DNA of 64,000 nucleotides, taken from positions 11,816,392 through 11,880,391 of the forward strand of contig CM119264.1 in the NCBI GenBank assembly GCA_051294375.1. The letters are read 5' to 3'. This DNA is from Paraspadella gotoi (taxonomy: Eukaryota > Animalia > Chaetognatha). A model generated the notes under the pieces. The model was not told where the DNA came from and did no database searches. It saw only the letters and a program-made list of their open reading frames with translations. The stretch's first letter is position 1; every line of letters begins with the position of its first letter. The translations under genes and the position numbers were made by a program. Shown here one piece after another: positions 27,545 to 40,156 of the stretch.

Positions 27545-28240
27545 GCCATCGATGGCAATTTTATCGCGAAACGAGAAGCGCCATTTATTATTCTTTCTCT
27601 TCGCGGGTGATTACCGGGTGATCGATATAAAACGCGACGTCATTGCGACTTTCAAATCGCGCGAAAAAGACGTGGCCGACGCTTGGGGAAACGCGGGAAA
27701 GGTGGGGACCGGCCTCGGTGAAGCGAAAGAAGGGAGCGAGCGAGGGTAAGGCGCGGAAATTGAATTCAGCGAGGCGAGGGATTTGAGCGGCGAGGAAAAA
27801 CGAAAAATATATATATTTTTTTAAAGTTAAAATCGGTTTAGATTCGAGTTCGTTTTTTAAAAAAAAATCCAATCGATTACCTCCTTTCAGGGGGGAAGTG
27901 AAAATAGTTAATAAGGCGGATAGGTAGGTAAGGCTCGAGGAGGGTTTGGCGCAGGTTGGCTCTCGGCGTTTTGACTCAACGGCTTAAATTTGACAATAAC
28001 AGAGGGAAAACCTGCGTCTCACAGATACGTCGAGGGTTTGTTTGAATTTCATCAATTTTCCGGATTTCAATGACTGAGTGCATCAGCCACAGCATTCCGC
28101 TAGGGACTGAGCATTGAGGAGAAAAGAGCCAAGGTAATTGAAAAAAAGTAGCACGTCGTCCCCACAAAAAAAATGTAGCCAATGGCGTGGGTTAGACAGA
28201 AAAATTAGCCAATCTGGTGCGCCTCTTATCAAGGTAAGCG
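27545..28240. promoter_or_regulatory. CpG-rich promoter-like region with E2F-like sites and tandem CCAAT boxes
   Basis: TCGCGAAA, GCGCGAAAA and GCGGGAAA motifs at 27564-27700. Two TAGCCAAT boxes 30 bp apart (28179, 28209). + strand donor-like AAG|GTAAGC at ~28233. Confidence 0.35.
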
Positions 28241-28748
28241 TTTGGTTTGTTGATGCGCTCAGAAAGGTTTTTTTTTTTTTTTTTGTAAATTTCGACAAGA
28301 TTGACAACCATATTTACGATGTACCCTAAAGTACCGGTTGTCAGGGAGATTTCGTCGACATTTTGGCTAAAAATAAAATGGATATTTTTAATCTTAAATT
28401 CGGATCTTCGTTCTTCTGATTAACTTTTAGCGAAACAAAAGGATCGGAAGAATAGATCTCAGTTGAAATTTGATTCTTCTTTTCTTGATTTAAGCCAAAT
28501 TATCCTGTAGTCTTTGTCTTTGTTCTTGTAAATTTGTATAACTTTATTATATTACTTTATTTTAAAAACATAATTTTTTTAATGTTTTAATCGTAAAGTC
28601 TTATTGCTTTAGTTTTCTCACACAAATCCTCGAGCCCCACACACACAACTTGCACCCCAACGGACAATCCTGCAGACGAAGCCAACTGACAACCGACGTC
28701 AAGACGTATTGAGTCTCATGACAGAGAATATTCTGGAAAACCTGGTTT

Positions 28749-28752
28749 TCAC
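28749..28752 (-). CDS. Type I membrane protein gene, probable last coding bases and stop (exon continues as 3' UTR)
   Basis: Acceptor TTTGTGCTGCAG. AC+G then TGA if the preceding exon ends in phase 2. In the alternative frame the exon reads on to a stop at 28601. AATAAA on the minus strand at 28556-28561. Confidence 0.4.
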
Positions 28753-28958
28753 CTGCAGCACAAATTCGATTGAACAAGTTGAGATGCTCTGATGTCATTT
28801 AGATTTTTTTATCTTGATATTAAAGGGTAAAAGTTAATTATCAGATAATAATGATTAATTGTTATTATTTATTATGTAATTTTAATTTATTTTAACTTAT
28901 TTTTCTACACTAATCCGAAAAGTTGGGCTAGCCCTAAACTGTGAGAACATTGACTTAC

Positions 28959-29040
28959 GTCGATTGACATTTTTTTCGAACGTCACCCACGGTCTCAAGA
29001 GAACAAAGTTCTTCGATTTTGTTCTGTTTTGCTTCACCGA
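28959..29040 (-). CDS. Type I membrane protein gene, 82-bp exon
   Basis: Acceptor TTTTTTTCGTTTCCAG, donor GTAAGT. Open in two frames (VGEAKQNKIEELCSLETVGDVRKKCQST or SVKQNRTKSKNFVLLRPWVTFEKNVNR). Confidence 0.6.
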
Positions 29041-29343
29041 CTGGAAACGAAAAAAAACTTTATAAAGTATGTATATTGTATAAGTCTCAATCTTTATGTT
29101 ATTCGGGGAGTCGATCGCGCTCTCTCTCTTTCTCTCTCTCTTGCTCTCTCTCTTGCTCTCTATCTTGCTCTCTCTCTCTCTTGCTCTCCCTTTGCTTTAT
29201 CTTTCACCTTTTCCATCTCACTCTTTTTTTTCTTTCCCCTAGAAATTGAATGCATCTCAAAGGCGCTGGAATATCTTTTTTATCTTTCAGGTTTTGTATT
29301 TTATATTATAAAGATTAAATATTATAAAGAATTTATATCGGTT

Positions 29344-29404
<61 letters not shown>

Positions 29405-29568
29405 AGAGAAAAAGAGAGAGAGAGAGACAGAGAGAGATAGCTTTTTTTTCGGGATTAAAAAAATCATTAGTGGCTAACGATCGAATGTGGGTAAAACGTA
29501 GGCGTGATACTGAAGTCACGTGTTTTTCGAGGGGCGAAACCGGAAGACAAACGGGGACGATAATTTAC

Positions 29569-29658
29569 CATCGCCGACGCCGCTGCCGCCACCGCCGCCA
29601 ACGCCGCCGCCGCCGCCGACTCCGCCAGTGCCCCAGCGGCCCCCGCCAACGGTAGTAC
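29569..29658 (-). CDS. Type I membrane protein gene, 90-bp Gly- or Ala-rich exon
   Basis: Acceptor CCGTCTATTAG, donor ATG|GTAAAT, GC-rich, length a multiple of 3. Reads TTVGGGRWGTGGVGGGGGVGGGGGSGVGD or VLPLAGAAGALAESAAAAALAAVAAAASAM. Confidence 0.6.
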
Positions 29659-29926
29659 CTAATAGACGGCAGTCGGAAACCAAACTCCGAAGTAAAGCGA
29701 AGGGAGAGATGGAGAAATTAAGGAAGGGAGGACGGATTGAAATAGATTCGGGGTTCGAGAGTTTAAAGGTAAACGACTAAGGAGGAAAAAGTCAAAAGGA
29801 TTCGTCAATGACATTTATAAATGCTTTCGGAGGTGCATAATCGAACGCTGCCTTGATCGCCCTTACAAGTTCGCCACGCTCGGCCCACTCCTCTCTCAAC
29901 TCTCGATTCTCCAAAGATTACGGACT

Positions 29927-29982
<56 letters not shown>

Positions 29983-31348
29983 GTTTTTAGTTTTTAATCC
30001 CAGTCCGACATTCAAAGATTTTTCCGGAGAAGAGATTCGCCCCATAAACCGGAAACGACGTCCATAAACTGCAATCGCTTCGTTTGGGGATCAACGGCGC
30101 GAGAATCGTAAACAATCTCCGAAAACCGGAAACTTTGAACAAAAGAGCAACTCGGGGGGAGACGAGATTGCGCGCGGTGAGTTAAACAAAATCGGAGACG
30201 GAAGTTGTGACCTTAGTCCGGATGTGAAAGGTAAACAATAGGTACAAATAAAATGTTACTGGAATTAAATAGTGTACTGTGGAGGAATATGTAGGAATTT
30301 TAAATCTACGAAGCTTGTGTTTAAAAAAGAAAAATTGAACGTGTACTATGAGAGAGGTAACTTAAGGGATTTGTAATCCTTCTCCCCAAATCGTGATTGG
30401 TCGAAAACCGACGAATCCGGAGGGGTTTATGGAGGGTGAAAACGCGCAACCTTAAACGAAAAACTGGAAAGACGTTGTGACACAAAGCGTTGAAACGACG
30501 AGCGTTGACGACGAATATAAAATTTTCCTTTGAAACTTTAAAAGCGTTAACAGTCGAATCCATGAAAAGTCTGGCTTTAAACTAAGAAAAAAATCTCGGC
30601 GACAAATATGTAGGCAAGGTTACTATGTAAAAATGAATCACTTTAAATGACATTGATTGTTATTAAAACTTTTTATGTTACGTATTTAGGAGTGTTGTTT
30701 AAATGTTTCTATATTCTCTGAAAGAGAACAAGTTGATCCAAAACTGAATATTTTTTTCAGAAATATGGCGAAAAAAAAAGCGGAACCAAAAGTATTCTTC
30801 TCGATCATATTTAGTTTATCAATAGGCATTAGGCGTCCTTCGCTGTCTCCATTATGGTTTACATTATTGAAAGACCAAAGATAACCAAAGAGTGTTTTTC
30901 GCCTTAAATCAAACTAATGGTCAGACGAAATAAAGAAAGAGCTCGAGACAGATAAAATATGCAAATCCAGAAACTCCACCTCCGACTCCACCTCCTCCTC
31001 CTAAACGTTTTCTTGATTGTTTCCCAAATGGAAACAGGAAGGTCAAAGGATCTTGGGAATAAAGCTTGTGTTTCTTTTACACGAGCATCAACCCCAGTTG
31101 ATCTTGTTGTTCTGAACTAGAATTTTCTATTTTATGAGGCACACATTCACTTCTAAAAAAGGTAAATTGATATTCATGTCTTAGTACATAAAACGAAGAT
31201 GGAAAAAGTCATCGTTTTATAGTGACGTGCTCAGAGTATTGCACATTGCACTATCATGCACATTGCACAATCATGCAGAACTAATGGCGGCGAGATTTAA
31301 ATTAAAAAAAAAACAACCTGTGTAAATATTCGTAAATTCTTGACTTAC

Positions 31349-31504
31349 CATGGCGTAGATGCCGTCCATGGAAATGGGCGATTTGACGTAAGAGAAGTGC
31401 CAGAGTTGAGAGGCATCCGGTTGTAAAGGCTCCGTTGGGGAGAGACCCGCGCTGCTGCTCCCGAGGCTCAGCAGCCCCGGCGGCATGGAGACGGAGTCCA
31501 ACCC
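31349..31504 (-). CDS. Type I membrane protein gene, 156-bp cytoplasmic exon
   Basis: Strong acceptor (CT-rich ...CTTCCAG), donor ATG|GTAAGT, phase 0-0. 52 codons: GLDSVSMPPGLLSLGSSSAGLSPTEPLQPDASQLWHFSYVKSPISMDGIYAM. Confidence 0.8.
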
Positions 31505-32386
31505 CTGGAAGAGGGAGAGAGAGAGAGAAGGGAATCGTTAAGTATTAAATTCGTTTGAAAAAAATCTCTCTAAGTCTAATGTTTTGAAATTATAGAGAAT
31601 CTGAGGAAGAGGTCTTCAGTCATATTGGGATGGAAGACCCTCCAACTAATAATGATTTTGACTCTTGATGGCTCTCCATTGGTGAACGAAATTCAAAATA
31701 CATTTAGAGAAAACAAAAATTCGGGATATATATGAAATAAGTTGTTTGTTGGTAGAGAGATGATTTGACAATTTGAAACTTGCTATTTTAGACATCAATG
31801 TTCATTGAAATTGTTAATTAATTGTGTTGATGTTAGTCACTGTATCAAATTCTTGATATGAAATAAACTACTATTTATTGTTAACTTGTCACAAGAAACT
31901 CTTTTACTTCCGGTCACAGAAAATATCAAATTCAGCGAAAAAAAACTAAACAAATTTTACGGCCTCCAATTCCAATGGCAATGCATTCTTTGTAGTCTAG
32001 ATTCATACAAACAACCAAAAAAAAAGCGTTTTTTATTTGGCCCCCAAACCTCGACCCTAAAAAACAAGGCGCCTCCGCTCGCCTTTCGGCGTCATTATTC
32101 CGAGAGCGTGACAAATGATAAACAGGATGCCTTTTCGCGCCTCTCCACGAAGCGACAATCTCGTGGGATAAAAACAAAGGATCGTCGGAGTCAACCATTA
32201 TCGACGCCTAAGGTAACTATGTAATCCCCTACCCCACTATATGAGCTTAGTAGGGTGGATGACGGAAAATNNNNNNNNNNNNNNNNNNNNNNNNNATCAC
32301 AGGGCCTCGCTACGAGCCAGAACGACTATACCCCGACCAAGAGAGAGAGCGCAGAGAGAGAGAGAGAGAGAGAGAGAAGGAGAGAG

Positions 32387-32440
<54 letters not shown>

Positions 32441-32441
<1 letters not shown>

Positions 32442-32648
32442 AGATAAAGAACTGTTTTTGCCGTCTGGAGATGCTATCGCGTGAATATGGAGAAAAAAGT
32501 AATCAATGTTTTCGACGCCACTGTTGCAATCTCTCTTTTGAGAGAGAGAGAGAGAGAGATAAAGAACTGTTTTTGCCGTCTGGAGATGCTATCGCGTGAA
32601 ATATGGAGAAAAAAAGTAATCAATGGTTTTCGACGCCAACTGTTGCAA
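32441..32648 (+). repeat. ~90-bp tandem duplication separated by adapter-like ATCTCTCTTTTGAGAGAG
   Basis: GAGATAAAGAACTG...CTGTTGCAA occurs twice here but only once in the mirrored arm (~36030-36130). Confidence 0.75.
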
Positions 32649-33147
32649 AATGTATTAACTGAAAAAAAAAGAACGAAAAAGCGAAATGATTGACCGAATG
32701 AAGGAATTAGGAAAACAAAAACAATAAAAAAAACGAAAAGATAAATAAAATTGTAATTTTTTACAAGATTTCCCTATCAAACGGTTTTTAAACTATTTGA
32801 CTGCTGTAATTGTACTCTCAACGTGTCTTATTTGTAATTTGAAAGTTTATAATACTTCAGTCTAAAGTACTTCAGACTTCGTTTTTTTTTTACGATCGTC
32901 CGACGAGGCAAACGAGCGCGCGTCTCTTTTCCGGCTCGAAGATTATTCCTCTAAACGCGTCGCTTTGACGCGAGCGATGATCAACTTAATAAATCCCACG
33001 GAAGCAGAAAATTAGAAACTGGGGCGCTCGGGGGGCGGAGAGGGGGCGGAGGGGGGTGGGAGGAAGGAGAGACGAAGTCTATATTCGCGGGCATAAAAAA
33101 CTAATTTCGCGCGGCTTTGAGAGAGACGCGGTGCATCTCCCGAGGAG

Positions 33148-33223
<76 letters not shown>

Positions 33224-35425
33224 AAGAGAAGAGAGAGAGAGAGAAGAGAGAGAATGCTCTCTAGTTCGCGTTGAAAGAAAGAAGAGGATTTTTTCCCCGC
33301 TAATAGCTAATAACGTTGAGTGAGCGCTAAACTTGTCAACTCGGACATTTTGACAAAAGGTTGTTATTCGTGTTATCTTTTCTCTGCGACGAACGACTTT
33401 CACGGGGGAATTTTTGATTTCTTTTCGAAAAAGTAGTCAAGATAACAATAACGACTAAACAGAACCGTTAACTAGTTGTAAAATCTGATGAAAAATTGAA
33501 AACCTCATTATTGCCTGATTTTGCAATTCAATTTAACAATTACTTTATCGTCAATTTATTAACTTACGCGACGTCTCGTTTTTGTCAAAGTGCCATTAAA
33601 TGAAGTAAGCAAGTTTTATACGCTTCGTGCTTTATCCCACGAGAAACCGTCAAGCTTACATATATATCCACTTTCGCTTAATCAGTCTTCCCATGAAACT
33701 AGCAAGCCGTTCCACTCGTCCGAGCTTGGTTTCGCTGGACATCACCATCTTAATCGCGAGAACTGGGAGCGATTAAAATCACTCGTAAAACGTGGAATGG
33801 ATCGGACGTCGGATGATGAGAGGGAATTTTATCGAAGCTTCATGAAGGCGCATTTTCCAGAGGATAAACTCGGAATGCGAAGACTAATCGCGTCCGATGA
33901 ATGTCAGAAAAAAACCTCTGCGCCGCTCGGTCTCCTTTAAAGGATTCCCGCCCCTTTTTTTACAATAAAAAAAAAATATATCGAAAGTCTATTCTGGCTT
34001 ATTTTTTCCCATATCTTCGCCAATCGAGATGCTTCTTTTCTTTCGTCTTGATTATATCTTTCCTTTCCTTACAGTTTCCTTTCCTTTTTCTCCGTCTCTC
34101 GATTCGTCCTCAGCTTTGAATTTACACCAAAAAAAGGGTAATGTTTACATTTTCTAACTCCCCGCCGCCGCCCCCATACCCAACCCATTCCTTTCCATGG
34201 CGTGGGAGAGGCGAAGGAGGATCGAAGGGGTTTCACCGAGAAGAGATAGACGAGAAGAATGGTTGGGACCAGGTGGGCGGGTGGAGCAAGAAAAAAAAAA
34301 GTTGGATTCAGGTGTTGGCTTGGGTGATTCTTGGAATCTTCGTTCGGCCTGGTGTGAAATTGTGTAATGCCGTCGACGCGCGGAAAATTCCATTAGATTT
34401 TTTCCCTTTTTTTTTTGGACTGGGAAGGAATGGTTGGGTTATGGGGGCGGCGGTCTGGCGGGAGTTAGAATAAATTAAACTACTTACTTTTTATTGGTGT
34501 AAATCTAAAGCTGAGACGATTCGAGAGACGGAGAGAATAGGATGGATACTGTTAAGGAAGGGAAACGATATATCAATGGACGAAAGTAGAAAAAGCATTC
34601 TCGATATGGGCGAAGATATGGGAAAAATATAAGCTCAGATATAGGACTTTCGATAATTTTTTTTTTATTGTAAAAAAGGGGCAGGGAATCCTTTAAGCCA
34701 AGGAGACCGAGGCGGCCGCCAGAGTTTTTTCTGAATTCATCGGACGCCGATTAGTCTTCGCATTCCGAGTTTTCCTCTGCGAAAGAATGCGCCTTCAATG
34801 AAGCTTTCGATAAAATTCCCTCTCATATCCGACGTCGATCCATTCCAGCGTTTTACGAGTGATTTTAATCGCTCCCAGTCTCGCCGGATAAGGATGGTGA
34901 ATGCCAGCGAAACCAAGCTCGGACGAGTGGGAACGGCTTGCATAGTTTCATGGGAGACTGATTAAGCGAAAGTGGATATAAGTATAGCTTGACGTTTTCG
35001 TCGTGGTGATAAAGCCACGAAGCGTATAAAACTTGCTTTACTTCATTTAATTGGCACTTGACAAAAACGAGGACGTTTCGCGTAATGTTAATTACAATTG
35101 ACGATTAAAGTAATTGTTAAATTTGAGATTTGCAAAATCAGGCAATTTGAGCGTTTTCAATTTTTCATCAGATTTTTACAAACTATTTTAACGGTTCTGT
35201 TTATGTCGTTTATTGTTATCTTGAACTACTTTTTCGAAAAGAATCAAATTCCCCCGTGTAAAGTCGTTCGTCGCAGAGTAAAGCATAAACACGAAATAAC
35301 AACCTTTTTGTTCAAAAATGTCGAGTTTGACATAGTTTATGCTGCTCACTTCAACGTTTATTAGCTATTAGCGCGGGAAAAAAAATCCTCATTCTTTCTT
35401 TCAACGCGAATAGAGAGCATTCTCT

Positions 35426-35482
<57 letters not shown>

Positions 35483-36128
35483 TTCTCTCTCTCTCTCTTC
35501 TCTCTCTCTCTCTTCTCTTTCCCGGGAGATGCCACCGCTCTCTCTCAAAGCACGCTGCGCGAAATAGTTTTTTATGCCGCGAATATAGACTTCGTCTGCT
35601 CCTTCCTCCCCACCCCCCTCCGCCCCTCCGCCCCCCGAGCGCCCCAGTTTCTAATTTTCTGCTTCGGTGCGAATTTATTAAGTTGATCATCGCCTCGCGT
35701 CAAAAGCGACGCGTTTAGAGGATAATCTTTCGAGCCGGAAAAGAGACGCGCTCGTTGCCTCGTCGGACGAGATCGTAAAAAAAAAACGTAAGTCTGAAGT
35801 ACTTTAGACTGAAGTATTTATAAACTTTCAAATTACAAATTAAGACACGTTGAGAGTACAATTACAGCAGGTCAATACAGTTTTAAAAACCGGTTTGTAT
35901 AGGAAAATCTTGTAAAAAATTACAATTTTATTAATCTTTCGTTTTTTTTTATTGGTTTTTGTTTTCCTTTATTCTTCATTCGCGTTCATCATTTCGCTTT
36001 TTTTCGTTCTTTTTTTTTCAGTTAATACATTATTGCAACATGGTTGCGTCGAAAAACCATTTGCATTACTTTTTTTCTCCATATTTCACGCTGATAGCAT
36101 CTCAGACGGCAAAAACAGTTCTTTATCT

Positions 36129-36182
<54 letters not shown>

Positions 36183-39100
36183 ACCTCTCTCTCTCTCTCT
36201 CTCTTCTCTCCCCTCTGCCTCTCTCTTTGGTCGGGTATAGTTCGTTCTGGCTCGATAGCGAGGCCCTGTGATATTTTTCCGTCCATCCACCTACTAAGCT
36301 CATATTAGAATGGGGTAGGGATTTACATAGTTACCTTAGGGCGTCATAATGGTGACTCGAACGATCCATTTGTTTTTATCCCACGAGATTGTCGCTTCGT
36401 GGAGATGGCGCGAAAAAAGGCATCCTGTTTATCATTTGTCACGTCTCGAATAATGACTGCCGAAAGGCGAGCGGAGGCGCCTTGTTTTTTAGTGGTCGAG
36501 TGGTTTGGGGGCCAAATAAAAAACGCTTTTTTTTTGGTTGTGTAATGAAATTCTAGATACAAAGAATGCTCATTGTCCATTGGAATTGGAGCCGTAAAAT
36601 TTGTTAGTTTTTTTTACGCTTGAATTTGATAGTTTTCTGTGACCGGAAGTTAAAAGTAGTTTCTTGTGACAGTTCAACAATAATAGTTAGTTTATTTCAT
36701 ATCAAGAATTTGATACAGTGACTAACATCAACACAATTAATTAACAATTTCAATGAACCATTTGATGTCTAAACATAGCAAGTTTCAAATTGTCAAAATC
36801 GATCTCTTCTACCCCAACAAAAATTTATTCAATATATATCCGAATTTTTGTTTCTCTAAATGTATTTTGAATTTCGTTCACAATGGAGAGCCATCACAAG
36901 AGTCAAAATCAATTATTAGTTGGCGGAGGGTGCTTTCCATCTCCCCAATATGACATGATAGACCTCTTCCTCAGATTCTCTATAATTTCAAAACTATTAG
37001 ACTTAAGACATTTTTTTCAAACGGAATTTAATATCTTTAGCGATCCCTTCTCTCTCTCTCTCCCTCTTCCAGGGTTGGACTCCGTCTCCATTGCCGCCGG
37101 GGCTGCTGAGTCTCGGTGAGCAGCAGCGCGGGTCTTCCCCCAACGAGCCTTTACACCGGATGCTCTCAACTCTGGCACTTCTCTTAGTCAAATTCGCCCA
37201 TTTCGATGGACGGCCATCTACGCCATGGTAGATTCAGAATTTACGAATATTACAACAGTTGTTTTTTTTGTTTAATTTAAATCTCGCCGCCATTATTCTG
37301 CATGATTGTGCAATGTGCTATGAATATAGTGCAATGTGCAATACGATTGAGCACGTCACTAAAAATCGATGACTTTTTCCATCTTCGTTTTATGTTATAA
37401 GACAGTTAGAATAATCAATTTAACCTTTTTTAGTAAGTGAAATGTGTGCCTCATAAATAGAAAATTTCTTAGTTCAGAAACAAACAAGATTCAACTGGGC
37501 GTTGATGCTCGTGTTTAAAAAAAAGGGAAAACCACAAAAGGTTGCCTTTATTCCCTAAGATCCTTTTGGACCTTCCTGTTTTCATTGGAAAACAATCAAT
37601 GAAAAACGTTTAGGAGGAGGAGGTGGAGTCGGAGTGTGGAGTTTCTGGATTTGACCATATTTATCTGTCTCGAGGCCTTTCTTTATCGTGCTGACCATTT
37701 AGTTTGATTTAAGGCGAAAAACACTCTTTGGTTATCTTTGCGTCTTTCAATAATGTAAAACCTATTAGGAGACAGCGAAGGACGCCCCTAATGGCTATTG
37801 ATAAAACTAAATATGATCGAGAAACGGATTACTTTTGGTTCCGCTTTTTTTTTCGCCATATTCTGAAAAAATATTCAAGTTTTTGGATCAACTTTGTTCT
37901 CTTTCAGAGGATATATAACATTTAAACAACACTCCTAAAATACGTAACATAACAAAAGTGTCTTAAATAACAATCAATGTCATTTTAAAGTGATTCATTT
38001 TATACATAGTTAACCTTGCCTCACATATTTGTCGCCGAGATTTTTTTCTTAGGTTAAAGCCAGACTTTTCATGGATTCGACTGGTTAACGCGCTTTTAAA
38101 GTGTTCAAAGGGAAATTTATTATTCTCTGTCAACGCTCGTCGTTCAAACGCTTTGTGTCACACGTCTTTCAGTTTTCGTTTCTCTAGTTAGCGCGTTTTC
38201 ACCCCATAACACCCCTCCGGCGATTCTGTCGGGTTTTCCGACAATATCACGATTTGCGGAAGACAGGATTTACAAATCCCTTAAGTACCTCTCTCATAGC
38301 TACAACGTTCAATTTTTCTTTTTTAGAACAGCAAGTTCGTAGATTTAAAATTTCTACACTATTCCTCACAGTTTACACTTATTTAATTTCAGAACATTTT
38401 ATTTGTAACCTATTGTTACCTTCACATCCGGGACTAAGCGTCACATACTTCCGTCTCCGATTTTTGTTTAACTTCACGCGCGCAATCTCGTCTTCCCCCC
38501 GGGAGTTGCTCTTTTGTTCAAAGTTCCGGGTTTTTCGGAGATTGTTGACGGATTCTCGCGCCGTTGATCCCAAAAACGATCAGCGAATTAGCAGTTCTTA
38601 TGGACGTGTTTCCGGTGTTATGGGAGCGATACATCTCTTCTCCCGGAAAATCTTTGAGATGTGGACTGCGGATTAAAAAACTAAAACAATCCTTCTCCTC
38701 CCCTCCTCCTTTCTCTCTCATCTCGTCTCTCTCTCTCTCTCCTCTCTCTTCTCTTCTCTCTCATCTCTTCTCCTCTCTCTCTCTTCCGGAGTCCGTAATC
38801 TTTGGAGAATCCGAGAGTTGGAGGAGAGAGTGGGCCGAGCGTGGCGAACTTCGTAAGGGCCGATCAAGGCCAGTCGTGTTCGATTATGCACCTCCGAAAG
38901 CATTTATAAATAGTTCATTGTACGAATCCTTCTTGGCACTTTTTCCTCCCTTTGAGTCGCCGTTCTTAACCTTTAAACTCTCGAACCCGAAATCTATTTC
39001 AATCCGATTCCTCCTTCCTTAATTTTTCCATTCTCTTCCCTTCGCCTTTACTTCGGAGTTTGGTTTCCGACTGCTCCGTTCTATTTAGTACTACCGTTGG

Positions 39101-39398
39101 GCGGGGGCCGCTGGGGCACTGGCGGAGTCGGCCGGTCTGGCGGCGGCGTTGGGCCGGTGGCGCAGCTGGGCGGGTCGGCCGATGGTAATATTATCGTCCC
39201 ACGTTTGTCTTCGGTTTGCGCCCCTCGAAAAACATCTCTGACTTCAGTATCACGCCTACGTTTACCCACACATTTCGAATCGTAGCCACTAATTGATTTT
39301 TTAATCCCGAAAAAAAGCTATCTCTCTCTGTCTCTCTCTCTCTCTTTTTCTCTTCTCTTTCTCTCTCTCTTCCCTTCTCTCTCTCCTCTCTCTCCTCT

Positions 39399-39434
<36 letters not shown>

Positions 39435-40156
39435 TTTTTAACCGATATAAATTCTTTATAATATTTAATCTTATAATATAAAATACAAAACCTGAAAGAT
39501 AAAAAAGATACTCCAGCGCCTTTAGATGCATTCATTTCTAGGGAAAGAAAAAAAGAGTGAGATGGAAAAGGTGAAAGATAAAGCAAAGGAGAGCAAGAGA
39601 GAGAGAGAGCAAGATAGAGAGCAAGAGAGAGGCAAGAGAGAGAGAAAGAGAGAGAGCGCGATCGACTCCCGAATAACATAAAGATTGAGACTATACAATA
39701 CTACGACACAATGAAAAATAACGTGGCGTTATTGTTCCGTGCATAAAAAAATCTCACTGTCAAATATTATTATATTTCTTTTATTTTTTGAAACATTATA
39801 GTTTCATATGTCGATATCCAAAATATCAATGCAAAATCTTTTTTTGTTTTTTAGATATGACAAATATACGGGTAAAAGATGATAAGTTTTTTTAAAAAGT
39901 TTACTTATCATATTTATTCTAGAATTGTAATAGAAAAAATAAAAAAAAATAATAGGTACCAATAGTTTGTGTTATGTCTCAAATAGATGAAAAAAAAAAA
40001 CCTCATTTTAAAATTCGATCGGGAAGTGGGGTAACTAAGGCTTACAATGGCATCCTCCACGCCGATTGTTCTCTCAAATAATTTTTTTATTTAATACATC
40101 TTGAAAGGAAAAAAGAAAATTCAGAATGCAGGTTTGTATAAAGGGTTCAAGATAAT

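Larger units (their letters stand above)
27248..34198 (+). repeat. Large inverted duplication, left arm
   Basis: Reverse complement of 34418-43777 apart from the 2.2-kb insertion in the right arm. Spacer of ~220 bp at 34199-34417. Confidence 0.93.

Noticed and set aside
33478-33524. Minimal hammerhead ribozyme (CTGATGA...GAAA with a possible stem I)
   Set aside because: No stem III and no UH cleavage triplet, and stem II lacks the G-C pair.
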